Positions 1 through 12,331 of a DNA stretch of 64,000 bases are shown piece after piece. A model generated the notes under the pieces. The model had not been told where the DNA came from and did not search any database. It saw nothing but the letters and a program-made list of their open reading frames with translations. The DNA comes from Perkinsus chesapeaki ATCC PRA-425 (taxonomy: Eukaryota; Protista; Perkinsozoa): the NCBI GenBank assembly GCA_013115145.1, contig JAAPAO010000086.1:22761-86760 (forward strand). Direction: 5' to 3'. The translations under genes and the position numbers were made by a program. Numbering within the stretch: the first letter of the stretch is position 1; the number at the start of each line of letters is the position of its first letter.

Positions 1-1725
1 TGCTTGTCCTCTACGGTCCTCTCCTGGTCCTCTTCTAAACAACGATAACCCTTCTTATGGAGCCGCCGCGGAGTGTCCGACCTCCTCCAGGCCCCTGATT
101 AATTTCTCTTTCCTTTGCATACTGTACACACATCTCCATCAAGTGGCGTGCCGTATTCTCTATTTCGGAGCCGAAGCATTGCTCTACTCGCTCCAACCTA
201 CAGCGGGTCTCCAAATGCCCAACACTTCGAGGCCTACATCTCTCGGAATTTGCCAGCCACGAGCTGGCCATCTTCATCGAACTCCGGTCCGTCCTCCTCA
301 GACGAATCTATATGCAACAGCAGCACCAGTGCTCTCCGTTAAGGCCACTTTCTGCCGTGCCTCACCAGCTGACAGCTTGCCCTCGTCTTCTGCTCTGGCA
401 TCGCGCCTCCGTCTAGTGTCAGTAACAAAAGCTGTTGCATTATCCACCAGACCCTTATAAGCTACCCGACCTAACGAGAGTAGAACTAGTAGGTTAAACA
501 CCAGAGGAGGTAAACACATAGGAGAACTAACTGCCCGGCGAATATGGCCTCGGTATAGGAGGACCACAGCTCTAAGGATGCTAGGCCAGTGTGCGGGAAG
601 ATACATAACAAAGATCGCCTCGCAGGCCTCTTAAGGAAGTCGGGAGAAATGCGTGAGGGAGACAGACGAGATCAGTCGGGAGAAATGAGTAATTCTACCG
701 TCTCTTCCCTCCTCTGCAGCCGCCAGCATTATCTTCACGTCCCAACGCTTCATTCGCTGCTGTGTACCTAGTGTTGCTTCTAAGATATCCGCTACCTGTA
801 AGGTTCAAGCGGGTAAGATTCTTCAGAGGTTGAAAGATATACCTCTTTATGTGTTAGCACTCCGAGGCCATCTTCATCAACAGCTTCGAACATATGCCGG
901 AACAGCTCTTCAAGGTTCCCCGCTGCTTTGGTCTTCGGCGAATCAGGGTAACTAGCATCCAGCGTTCGGACCCCCTAGAGGCACATCTCCGCTTCTTACC
1001 GGCTCATAATGGAGGCGTCCGTAGACCCATTGACCGTCAAAGAGCTTTGCTCTCCTCCCTCACCAGACGTGTCTATATTAATTCCTAACAAACAGTTATC
1101 ATTACCATTATCCTGCTGTACCCCACCTACCCCACGAAGCGTCCGATACACTGTCAGTTGGTGGTGTGCTAGTGCCGTGCTCCTCAGTAGGCTCGTCTGC
1201 TACCTCTCCCACCTCATCTGGCCGCTTCATCCCCTCCTTTGTGACCCTAGTACGCTCAAACTCCGTCCGCAGGTCCAACAACGATCGAGTTCGTCTGTAT
1301 CACAGTTGATAATAACCATCTCACCCCCTCTTACTCCTTGGACTCCATTGTCCTATCAATCCGTCTAAGGTTGTTAACATTCGCCGTGGACTCTCGACTC
1401 AGCACAAGATCTTCAAACTCAAAGTGGTAGTATAACCCAGTCACTCCATCATCTCCCTCTATTACGTAGAAGTAACTGAGGAGCCCGCAGCAGCTCTACA
1501 CCACAGGCTGCCGCCCTCCTCCTACACATCCACGGTCACCAACGGTATAGGCTCGGTCTTCGTAGGTGCACTGAATTTAACCCGGAATATTTCATGCTTC
1601 GCTCCGTCCTCTATTCGGCTGCCCAAATGAGCAATGTGATGCATGTACCGCTGGTTTGTCCCCCAACGCTCGACTTCCTCCTCGACTGCAGCCCTTGAGG
1701 CGTCCGAGGGTATCGATTCTACCAT
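1..1725 (-). CDS. AKAP14/AKAP28-like domain + EF-hand protein (multi-exon; 3' end runs off the window)
   Basis: ATG at 1725. The exon EEEVERWGTNQRYMHHIAHLG...FRVKFSAPTKTEPIPLVTVDV splices (phase 2) to YFYVIEGDDGVTGLYYHFEFEDLVLS, matching the AKAP28 pattern W...LG...RVxW/FSxPTxxxPIPxxTxxVYF recalled for that family. The minus-strand exon near 845-900 reads LFRHMFEAVDEDGLGVLTHKE (EF-hand loop). Further exons at about 35-460. Whether it is one gene or two is uncertain. Confidence 0.6.
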
Positions 1726-1784
1726 TTCTAATAACTAAGTCCACTCCTCCCTCAATTCCATTGACGAACTCAACCTAGAAGGAT

Positions 1785-3708
1785 TCAGTAAAGTATGGCC
1801 TGTGGGGATCGGAAGACGGTCCCATCAGGTGCCAGTCCAACTTCACCCTCACAGACAGCATGCAATAAACCCAGAAACCATTCAGAGTCGAGCTCCTCCC
1901 ACTCCTTCCCGCCGATCTCCGACACTACCTCACCAAAGGGTACCCCCTGGCCTTTTCCTGCTGCCGCCCAACGTCGAACACTCTCTAGGGCTTCCAAGCG
2001 ACGGTCATGTGCCCGCAATGTGCCGTCTTCATCCCGAGATAGCTCACCACCCTTTATCAGCTCTCCTATGGCCATATCCGCAATACAACTGAGGAGCAGT
2101 AGAGAAGCATTGTGGCATTGAAGCACTGGAGCATATTCACATTGCGGCAGACATCCATATCTATATGAAGACTCGTTATATTGGGAAGGAATAATACATT
2201 GACCTTTTGTAGTTGCATAGAAGAAGTCCGCGTAACTATGTAGGAATGAAGGCATAGCAGCAAGTGTATAGGGAGGACTGGAGTAGGGTTAAAGCCCCGC
2301 CGCCGCCCATCGACAGGCTTTCAGTAGCGAGGAGTTGCGGTTTGGTTCTCTTCATTGTATCTTTCGAAGAGGGTTTCCGTCGCTAACCGTGATACCAACC
2401 AGAACAACATAAAACGATAACAGTGCAAATGATCCAGAATTCGATTACAGCGATATAAACTATTAGGAGTGGGATGTGAAGTGTGACACTTACTATAAGC
2501 CATTCTACCGACTAGTTTCACAATATATGAAATATAATTCAACATCCACAATGCAGTGCTTAAGTCCTATTTACATATCTCTTGAATCCGTCCTCGACTA
2601 TTTCCGGAAATGGCTTCCAATATGTCCAGACTAGAGAATCCAAGATTTGTGACGAGAGTTATAATACCCAAGGTCCATCCCCATCCTCCGATACTACTTC
2701 GCCACACATTCCGCAGGAAGACGAATGGATGCCCCATGGGTGAACATCACACCAAACTTGCTATATGCCACCTCGAACACTCGACGGATATCCTTGATCT
2801 CTCCAGGCGTGGGAATCTTCTTCTGTTTCCTTCTAAGATCAACCAGTGCCTGATTGCAAGCTCGTTCCCATCCCTTTTCTCAACCCTACCCTGATGGCCG
2901 TCTTGTATCCAGCTACAGCTCCAGCGAAGGCTGGCGGTAATCGCTTGGCTGCATCCGAGATATAACAGGGGAAATCGGGGTGCAGGTGACACCGGCACGG
3001 GCACATCGAATAGGTTTTGCAGCTGACTGGACCGAGTTGAATGACTTCAGCTGGGCGAGGGCAAATGCACTGTTCTACAAAGAGCATAGATTTAGAGGAG
3101 ACCTTGTGATGGCTCCGCACCAAATATCCTAGCTTCAACTAGGTCCCATTCCTCTATCACTTCCAGCCACCACTGGACTTCTTCTTCCGGACAAAAGCTA
3201 TGTATGCCATGAAGAGCGGTGACCCTTATCTGCAGTACATTACGAAATGTTCTTAGCTGGCCATCGATGGCCACCACTCGACCTGACCAAAGATATCCAG
3301 CAACACCCGGGACGCTAGCTCTCACCGATGATCTCTGTAGTGTCATCAGGTAGCTGTCGCCAAGCCTCTGCTATAGACTCCCATATGATGCAGCTGAGAA
3401 GCTGCCCACTGCCATCATCCACAGACATCTCGACGAGTTTCGGCCCCCTACGGGCCCCGATGACCATCCCTACGAGCAGAGTGAGTGCCTAGGCCCAGCC
3501 TTGTATGTTAACCTCTAATGGTGACTCTCTCAGTAACTACTCTTTGACCATCTTTTATATTGGCTATAGTAAGAGAAGGATTCCCTATTCCCTTAGCCCC
3601 ACGTAGCATGCACGCAGGTGAATGCAGTATGCTGGCCAGACACTTTAAAGGTAATGAGGCAACCCTTTCCATAACTATTGACTCAAGGTCTATTGGTCGA
3701 GGCGGCAT
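1785..3708 (-). CDS. Hypothetical multi-exon protein
   Basis: ATG at 3708 (MPPRPIDLESIVMERVASLPL...). Internal exons with GT-AG borders include ...KTYSMCPCRCHLHPDFPCYISDAAKRLP... and ALVDLRRKQKKIPTPGEIKDIRRVF. The terminal exon ends ...LAPDGTVFRSPQAILY* at 1785. No family recognised. Confidence 0.6.
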
Positions 3709-3996
3709 GGTAGGTAATTAGTCAACTAATAAAGGCGGCAGAGAGGAGGTTACAGACAAAAGGATCAGTCGCTTCAAGCGTTTGACCTCACTTTATCGAA
3801 TAACAAATCTTGAGCGGCTCGGGAATGAGGTTTGCCACTGCCGGGCTCCTTAGTGTAGGTTCCTTCATTGAATTTAGTTAATCCTGCGCTGATGGACCAA
3901 GGGCGAGCGCGCAAGATCTGTCGACGCCGCCCGGACACGGAAGTGTCGTCGCGTAATGCAGAGACAGGCTGGCTCTAACAGTTGCATTATTGCGTA

Positions 3997-6477
3997 ATGA
4001 GCATAAGATTCGTACTGAAGTTGAGCTATAAAGGAGAGTGTGTTAGAGTTAGACCAGAGCCGCAATTCTGCAACAGATATGGTCACATATTAGAGTAAGT
4101 AGGCCGCCGCCAGCATATCCCCTCGGATGGTCATCATTCTCAGTTATATCCGAGAGACCTGGCCAGAGTTATCTTCAACAGGCACAGAGAGGTCGTTTGG
4201 GGTATATTACTATGATGAGGCCGGTGACCAGTGTACCCTAAATGAAAGGACCTTTCCGGACTGCCTAATGCTGCTGCAAGAGCGCAACGCTTATAAGGAC
4301 TCCGAGGAGCTTCCAGTGCTCAAACTAACTATCAAACCGCTACCGGAAGTCGAGACATCTCCGAGGCCTGTACCGGTTATGGTTGAGGCATCGAGGAGAC
4401 TAGAAGAGAAGATCCAGACTAAGACTCACCTGGGATGCCCAAAGCGAACATCAGGGAAGCTCGCTGTTCACCGTGGATTCATATGTGATGGATGTGAGAT
4501 GGACCCTCTTGTTGGGGACAGGTAGGCTGGGTGACAGTTGGAGTGATATAAGGGCGGTAATAGATACAAATGCAACTACTGTGACGACTTTGACTACTGT
4601 TCAAAGTGCTACGAGAGGAGGCTCATCCTTGGCCACAACCCTTTTCACGCCTTCACCTGTTATAAGATGCCCCGCCCTCCCACCAAGGCTCTTAAGTTAC
4701 TATCAACCAGCTCAGATAAGGATACTATGACTTTGCCTAGCAAGCTCGAAGAGAAGTCTGTTGGTGATGCCCCAGTGGCCCCCAAAACCAAGTCTGTTGG
4801 TACCCTCCCCGAGCCCAGCCTTACCCGTGATGAAAGTGTACAGTGGGAAAGCGAAAGGCATTGCACGGTTGCTGGGCCATGGGGCAGCTTGGATATATTC
4901 TCTGATGAACCTATTCAAGGTAGTTCACAGAACCTGGCCGCTCGAGTGGCCAAGGCTTGCACTGCGGCCTCTGAGGCCATGGGACGGCCGGCAAGGGAGG
5001 ACTTGGAGACTGCTGACAGCTTTGCTGTGGCAGCTGGGATACATTTGGGGATTCAATGTGATCTATGTGGCGAACTGCCTATAGTCGGTCCAAGGTAATA
5101 GAGGGATCTAACTGGAATGCCTTCTCTAACGTTGATATCTGCAACTTCTTTAAAGGCTTTCGAGTGTCTTTAGATGAACACTCGGATGCGGCAGTCATTA
5201 GTCTACGCATGTTGGGAGGCTATCCGTAGGAATAACGATTCAACTCTAACTATTTGGGAGGGGAGGCTTGCAACAACTCAAAATCCTCATCTGTGGATGT
5301 CCGTACTGTCAAGCACTATGGAGCGTCAGTAGAGCTACACAGAAAACTCCTAGAAACTTACTATCAGCATGTGGTCTTGTATGTAGGACTATTAAGGCCG
5401 GGAGGGGTAGCGTCATCGTCAGGTTCAAATGTAGGAAGTGCAAAGACTACGATTTATGCCAGAAGTGCTTTGACCTAGAAAACCCATCCAAGGCCATCCA
5501 CGATCACCCTAAGTCCTCGTTCCGCACCCTCACACCACTCGATACGATACTACTACGTAAGGATCCTCATCGATGGGAGGCACCAGAGGCGGTCAAGGAA
5601 GCTCCAGTGGTGGACACTGAGGCTTGTGGTGGGCCTATGTTCGGGTCTCTGGCGTTGGTCAGCCCCGAGCCCGAGCCGGCTGCGTAAGTCGTTTGGCGAT
5701 GGATGTTGTTCAGGCTTAGAGGCTCGTGGGGCAATATAAAGGGTTCCCATAAGCAACACGCTTCTTGTCCTCTTGTATTGGAGATGTTCTTATTAAAATT
5801 CAATTTTTGACAACGCTAGGAATATTTTCGGCCCTCCAAGGAATGCATGCAGTTCTGTGAGGCTGGATGAGCCTTTGCTCAGTCTGACCGAGGCAACAAG
5901 CACCATCGCATCCCCCCTGATGGAGCCTGAGAATGGCGGTGAGATAGAGATGGAAGATCCTCCAGCTGGAAGCACACATGATGATGACAGTAGTAGGAGC
6001 GCAATAGGGATGCGGTGAAGATCTCTCTCTGGTAGGCAGCGGCGGCGGCACAGAGTCAGATTCAATCCCGGAGAGCTGGATGGACTTGGGGGAATTGGAG
6101 GACAGTGACATTGAGGATGTCATGATCATTGGCACGCCGAGGTCCGATGATTTCCAGGTCGGCGGAGAGGTATGGTGCAGTTAATCCGACTCCTTCTGTA
6201 GGTCATTACGTCGATTGAAGAGGCAGTAGAGCAGGTAATCGATAGCAATAGCGTATAGTGGACACGAGTCGGTGTCAGGCACCAGATAGTCTGGTGACGG
6301 CAGAGGGACTCGCTGAGGCTCTTGTTCATCATGGAATTATCGAAGATAGGAACAGGGCTGCGGCACTGCTTAGCCAAGTAGGACCTTCCGCCAAGTGTAG
6401 AGATAGTGTACTGGTTTTAGGTGTCGTCAAATGAAGAGCTTCGTAGCATGCTCTGTTCATTCCTCGGTACTGACTAA
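3997..6477 (+). CDS. p62/SQSTM1-NBR1-like protein: PB1 + 2x ZZ zinc finger + LIR-like motif + possible degenerate UBA-like C-terminus
   Basis: Exon 1 MSIRFVLKLSYKGECVRVR carries the PB1 basic Lys; exon 2 YIRETWPEL...VYYYDEAGDQCTL carries the OPCA motif. ZZ1 is HRGFICDGCEMDPLVGDR|YKCNYCDDFDYCSKCY; ZZ2 is CDLCGELPIVGPR|FKCRKCKDYDLCQKCF. ESDSIPESWMDLGELEDSD lies at about 6053-6110. The last exons read ...AEALVHHGIIEDRNRAAALLSQ|VSSNEELRSMLCSFLGTD*. Confidence 0.85.
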
Positions 6478-7132
6478 GGCCTGCATTCTAGTTAGCAGCT
6501 CGCTCATCGGCTTGTGAGACGGGAGCTGCAATTCTGAAGTAGTTTGTTATTATATGATTTACCCATTTCCTTTTATCCGCAATATCTTGTCAATACTCAT
6601 TACCATGCATTTTCATAGTGTAAATGTCAGTAGTCACCACGGTGGCCCCAGAAGATGTCTACGGGCCAGGAGGAGGAGGGCTCGCGGCTTAGCATCAATA
6701 CGACTAGTAACCTACTCTAGCGTTGTGTTGACCAAAGGCGGTTGTGTCGTCTTGTGCTACACTAGTACCGGTAGGATTGTCAGAAGCAACACTAGTACTG
6801 CTAGTGTTGTTTCTTCTAATCCATCCTCCTGGGTCCAGCTGCTAAGACCTAGGATGGAGAGTGATATCTCTTATGTCTTGTAGTGTTAACTTATCAATAA
6901 TAAAGGATGCCTAGGAAAGTACATTGTGCTGCTGTTTTGTTGGTAAACCTAGAATACTGTGTGGGCATTCTTGTCGCCACAGCTAGTGTCGACGCCGTAG
7001 TCTATTTGGATATATTTCGTATACTTACATGTCAGACATTAATAAATAGTAAATACTCTTTATTTTTATATACATCTCCTGTGGGCAATACCTTTGGCTT
7101 TTCTTACTAAGACTTTGCTATTGTTCTCCCAA

Positions 7133-9626
7133 ATGGCCGTAGAGGACTTCTTCATCCTTAAGTTAGCCTTTGGCAAGGAGTCACTGCAGTGCCGGTGCCG
7201 ATATGATACCATCTCCGACGTAAAACAGCTTCACAGGTCAACCTCTCTCCTTTGCTGGGCCTTGCATATTTTACCCTTCAGGTTGATCAAAGAGGCGTGG
7301 CCGAATCTGAAGTCTACCCCCTACCGAGCGACGCTCCGTGGTGGTCAGGATCTGATCGACTGGCCTTCTAGTCACACCGCTGCGGCTCTAATAAAAGAAG
7401 GTCTGGCTGACTCGGTTTATGCTATGCCTCGACTGAAGCTCCGCGTCACGGCGTCACATAATACCTCGGGTAAAGTGGACAAGTCTAAGAAGCCATGGCC
7501 CATGGATGGCCACAAGCCAGCGGGCGTGCATCTTGCTTCTTGCTACCATTGCGACATGTTCCCAGTAGTTGGCCGTTGGTGAGTGCTGCCGTTGTTGGTT
7601 TCTCCTGCCGGTACTTCCCTTGTCAGTTTCGCATGCAGCACCTGTCCCTCGATTGTGTTATGCTCCTGGTGCTTTGACGAGCATGATAAATCCCACACCA
7701 TTACGCCCTTGGCTATGGCGTTCAATGGTCTTTGGGAGGGCAGCTTTATGGAAGATAACGCTAGAGATATGACGGATATTCTAAGAAATAGGCATAGGCC
7801 CTGGTCTGGGGATACTGTGAAGTAAGAAACATTCCACCCTACTCATCGGCTTTGGACCTGCCGCCGGTTGAATTCACCACTCTTCACTAGAATTTTGGAC
7901 ACCATATATTCACCAGATGCTACCCGTCTAGTGTAACACATCACCTGCAGCATCGGTCCAGCGCTATTTTACGACCTATGACACTTCAAAACTTGTATTT
8001 CATCATGGCTCGGGTGTTCCTTCGAGTCATAGTAAAGCGCTTCCCACAATGGGTTCCTAATAGGAACTTCCTATTACACCACCGGCCTTCCTCATCCGAC
8101 ATGTGAGTCTCTCGCCAAACGGCTTTATTGTTGCTTTTCTTATCAGCTTCAATGCGATCCAAGTTGGCGAGAATCCCCTACCCTCCATGGTCGCCGAGAT
8201 CTTCTCCCGATCCGAGCCGCACCATGAAGAATTGACCAGATTCTTCTGTGATGACGGCAAGTCTCTGCTATGCTATCGTCACTACTGCCATGCTTGCGGA
8301 TGCTCAGCCTCGGTCATGCGCCAGTAAGCTGCCTCCTCTGGGCTTTTGGCAAGGTTGGCGTGTCAGGTTCCAGTGTGATGGTCGTGGGGACATCAATCTG
8401 TGCGACGCCTGTTACATTTTGTGGCGAGACGAGATTTCCAAGATATCATTCAAGTGCTCTAGGTTGTTCTTGCCTGGGTCATGGAACCCTCTGGGAGTCG
8501 GCCCATGGGAGCTGGTCCACTATGGTGTAGCTTGCGAGGAGTGTGGCATGTTCCCCATAAGAGGAAGAAGGTGAGAAAGGGGAAAACTCAAATAGGAGAT
8601 TTAGTCGCCTTCTAACATTTTTCCGTTAGTGCGTATTCCTCAGAAAAACTAGCCCAGGCGTTGTAAGATTTGCGCGGGGATTCTCGCCTCCACTGGCGAT
8701 TTGAAGAACTTTGTGTATTGGAGGCGGCGGTGTGACTCGTGATGCGCGCTTCACCAGTAGCATCTGTGTAAGGCAGGATGTCCACAATTCTGTCCCTTAA
8801 TCAATCGAAACAAAGGATTCTGTAGGTCTTAGGGAGTTGCTCTACTTCTGTATGATTTTTCCGGCAAGTAGTTCCCACATCTGTGTTATCCAAAGCTGGG
8901 GATTATTCCGTGGTCGAATAAAAGCTGTATGTGACCTGTCTGCGGTGTGTAGGTACCATTGCAACTTCTGCACAGAGCATGATTTGTGTGAGAGCTGTTA
9001 CAAGGAGACAGCTAATAGGAATCATCGGGAGACACATCTCTTCACTTTGGTGGTAAAACCGATTAAAGCATGGACGGTGCAGACGAGGAAGCCCAAAGGC
9101 ATTTTGCTCAGCACTCTCAGATGTGAGAGGTGTGGCCAGGGGCCATCTGGTGGGGCGAGGTGAGTCGGAATGAACTGGATGTGATGTGATGCTTGTCATC
9201 AGATACACTATGGTGGCCTTGCCCGGGTCACGTTACTGTGGTCCGTGCTATAAAGAGGCTCTGCGGTTCGAAGCCCTCTGTATTCGAGGACCCTATAATA
9301 GAGGGTACGAGGCAGTTAATGAAGGTGCATTTAAAATACGACAAGGAAAGCTCAAGGCTCTCGAAGGTGGGGCGGCTCTCATAGCCTTGGTAGATTCTTC
9401 GTGGCTTAGATTCCCTGGCAAGCACGTGGCTGATGGAGTCGATGGATCGCCAGTTGAAGGGCCAAGACCCCTTCCCGCTGCCATCGGAACATTCCCCAAA
9501 CTCGGTATGACGTTTGAACGTTAGGAGTCCCTTCATTTCATGCTGTTTTAGGTTGTCTGGGCGGACGAGCCACCGAAAGCTCTGAAGCCGCATCACCGCA
9601 CACTCCTCTATCCCCCGTCGCAGTAG
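7133..9626 (+). CDS. PB1-like + 4x ZZ-type zinc finger protein, tandem paralogue A
   Basis: MAVEDFFILKLAFGKESLQCR...LIKEAWPNL. Fingers: CYHC..CSTC..CSWC..H..H; CHAC..CDAC; CEEC..CNFC..CESC..H...H; CERC..CGPC. The spliced C-terminus reads DSLASTW...PNS|VVWADEPPKALKPHHRTLLYPPSQ* (TAG 9624-9626). Confidence 0.85.
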
Positions 9627-9969
9627 CCTCTTGGCTTGCACGTATTCATTCCATTTCAATTGACTCTGTCGTCCACTCGTTGTCTTTGATGTCTTTTGCT
9701 CTTTAAGACGTTTACTTGTCTCTTAAGTGTTGTATTGTTACACGGCCAGCTGGGCTTCCTAAGGTTTGGCCTCTCCTACCAGCTTCATCGATACCCAGCA
9801 GTCACCCTCAGATGGCAGAGGTGCCCAGCGTTGAACTTGTCGCGCGCCCGGAAATCGGTTGTGGTCAAAGAACCTTGAAGAGGCGTGCAAACGAATGTAA
9901 GTGTGAGGATAATAGGTAAGCCTGCCAACGGTGATGATGATATAAAATCCTAGTTGATGGTTTCAGTTA

Positions 9970-11866
9970 ATGCTGGACCTGTATTTGCTGAAGCTGAGCT
10001 ACCAGGGAGAGTCCTTCCGCGTGAAGTTGAGAGTGGAGAAGTTCCGGACACTAGGGGACTTGGAGAAGTAGGGCGACACTTGTGAAGTGTGCTCTTAAGG
10101 CGTTTTTAGGATCGTGTACGCGGCTTGGCCATATCTTGACAAGTCCAAGTACAAGATAGTCCTCCCGGACGGCGGCACCATAGATGATGCCTCTGCTAAG
10201 ATGCGTGTAGCGACTAAGCTATCGGGAGATGCCAAAGATCCATCTGGTCACCTACCCGAGCTCAAACTCAAAGTGGTTCCATTGAAGGAGGTAGCCCCGA
10301 TGGTACATCAACCAAAGAAGTTGGGAGAGCTTCGTGCCATCGATGGCCATGACTTGGCGGTCACCTACTGGGAGTCATGTGACGGCTGCCAAATGTTCCC
10401 GCTTGTGGGGAAGTGGTAAGACCAGAGCGAATTGCTGATGAGTGAAGAAATGCCGCTCAGGTATATTTGCTACACGTGTGGGCAGGAAGATCTGTGCTTC
10501 GCTTGTCGTCAAGGCCACTCAAAGAGCCATAAGGTCATTCAGTACAGTCCGTCATCGAATGGTATGTGGGATAATGACAACGTTGTTGAGAACGAGCACA
10601 AAAGGGTGTTCAAGCTGAAGGTATTGGGGGCCCCCTGCCCAAAGCCTAAAGAGTAAGGTCTATATTCTACCAAGTGCCAGTGTGCTCGTCAGCTTTGAAG
10701 AGATACAGAAGAGACAGGCATCATTACCTCCTATGGTGACTCGGACCTTCGCTTTAGACGAGATACCGGACGGCATCCCTGATGTTGCCTGCTACCGTGA
10801 TGGAGGCAAAGCCATTTACTTTGAGATGTTCTGCCACGGATGCGGCACCGGAGCTCAGGTCGCCAAGAGGTAGGAGAAGAATCGCTATCTTTAATGAGGA
10901 AAAATATGTTCAGGTTCAAGATGGACGGGCGTGATGATATTAACCTTTGTGAAACCTGCTATCTCCTCTATAAGGACAGTGTCCTCTCGTCAGCATACAA
11001 GTGTTGTAGGGTGTGGCAGCCTGGTAGGGTGGGACGAGGTGACGATGGTAAGCCCTTTCTGGCTACCCATTATTCCACTACCTGCTCTGAATGTGAAGAG
11101 TCCCCTATTGTAGGACGCAGGTAACCTGGTTACGGCTTCACCTCTCCGCCATTGGTGCCTTCATAGGTACACCTGCCTTGTCTGTAGTAATTTCGACCTG
11201 TGCTCGGAGTGCTATCGAAGTAGAGCCCAAACCTCTCACAGGCAGGCTCATGCATTTGGTCTTGTGGCTAAGCCGGTGCCTTTGTGGTCATTGAAGATTG
11301 CTAAACCTCGCGGTGTACGTGTTGAGGAATTTAAGTGCAGTCGATGTGGAAGTCACCCTGACGGCGGAGCGAAGTGAGTTTTGTTTCCGCGTTTTGCGCG
11401 CTCTCACATCATCTCAGATATCGGATGAAATTTGGTCCGCCCGACAGTCGGGATGCCCTCTATTGTGAGCCGTGCTATAAGAAGATGCTTCAGAGGGAGG
11501 CTTTGGAGCTCCGAGCTCCTATGGATGCCAGAAGGAGGAGCATTACACCCTGGAGTCATTCGGCTAGGGCTAGAAGCCGCACCCTGATTTTAGGATTGAA
11601 AGGTAGCTCTATTCGTTTAAGAGAGCTATCGCTTAGTGGTAGGGTCCCTAGCTTTCCGCCTTAACGCCCGACCACGCATGATTGAACTGATAAGGCAGAT
11701 AGCCCGGGAGACGGGACAGCTGCTCGATATTGACAGCGATGATTCGGACTCGGTAAGGTCTTTTGAGGGGAATCAAAGTACAAGTCTTTTACAGTTGGAG
11801 TGGGCAGTTGAACCTCCAAAGGAGCTCAAGTCTGATGACATTATCGACCAAGGCCCTAATAGGTGA
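9970..11866 (+). CDS. PB1-like + 4x ZZ-type zinc finger protein, tandem paralogue B
   Basis: MLDLYLLKLSYQGESFRVKLR|IVYAAWPYL. Fingers: CDGC..CYTC..CFAC..H..H; CHGC..CETC; CSEC..CLVC..CSEC..H...H; CSRC..CEPC. Ends DSDDSDS|LEWAVEPPKELKSDDIIDQGPNR*. Intron positions are the same as in paralogues A and C. Confidence 0.85.
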
Positions 11867-12331
11867 TGACCAAGAGTGCTTCAATCCAGGCTCCATATTG
11901 TTTCGTATCACTTTCATTGATTACCTTAAACCTGGCATTTCTTACTTTCACAGTCGAGCCACGATTTTCTTGTACACTTTAGCTTATTGCGTTTGTGTTA
12001 GAGCAGGCTATTGCATCTAGAGTATTATGCAGGCCCATGGGGATGCACTTCTCGAGAGCCAGAAAGCTTCACTAGGGCTCAGATGGAAGAGAAGGAAGCT
12101 TTGGGGAAAATATGTTCTTAACTGAAATAAGATACGTCAAGTTGGTTTCATGCTCCTCGATTACACCCTGGTTCCATGGCTCTCCTTAGCACTGCCAACA
12201 CACAGACCATCTTTGTGTGTTCATCGCTAGTCGGAGGAGACAGTCGGACCGTTGCACCCTTAAAGTTTGTCTGGCTATTTCGCTGCTACAGTCTGTACCT
12301 TGTCAGTATTTGGTCCTTGCTCTTGCCCTCC

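Noticed and set aside
35-277. MEMCVQYAKER resembles the acyl-CoA dehydrogenase 'yakeR' motif
   Set aside because: No other ACAD motifs nearby; the exon sits in the same minus-strand chain as the EF-hand/AKAP28-like exons.
6554-7110. ORFs and an ACTAGT-rich imperfect hairpin (about 6783-6812) between the p62-like gene and paralogue A
   Set aside because: No coherent spliced model on either strand (trial joins hit stops); the hairpin is short and mismatched.
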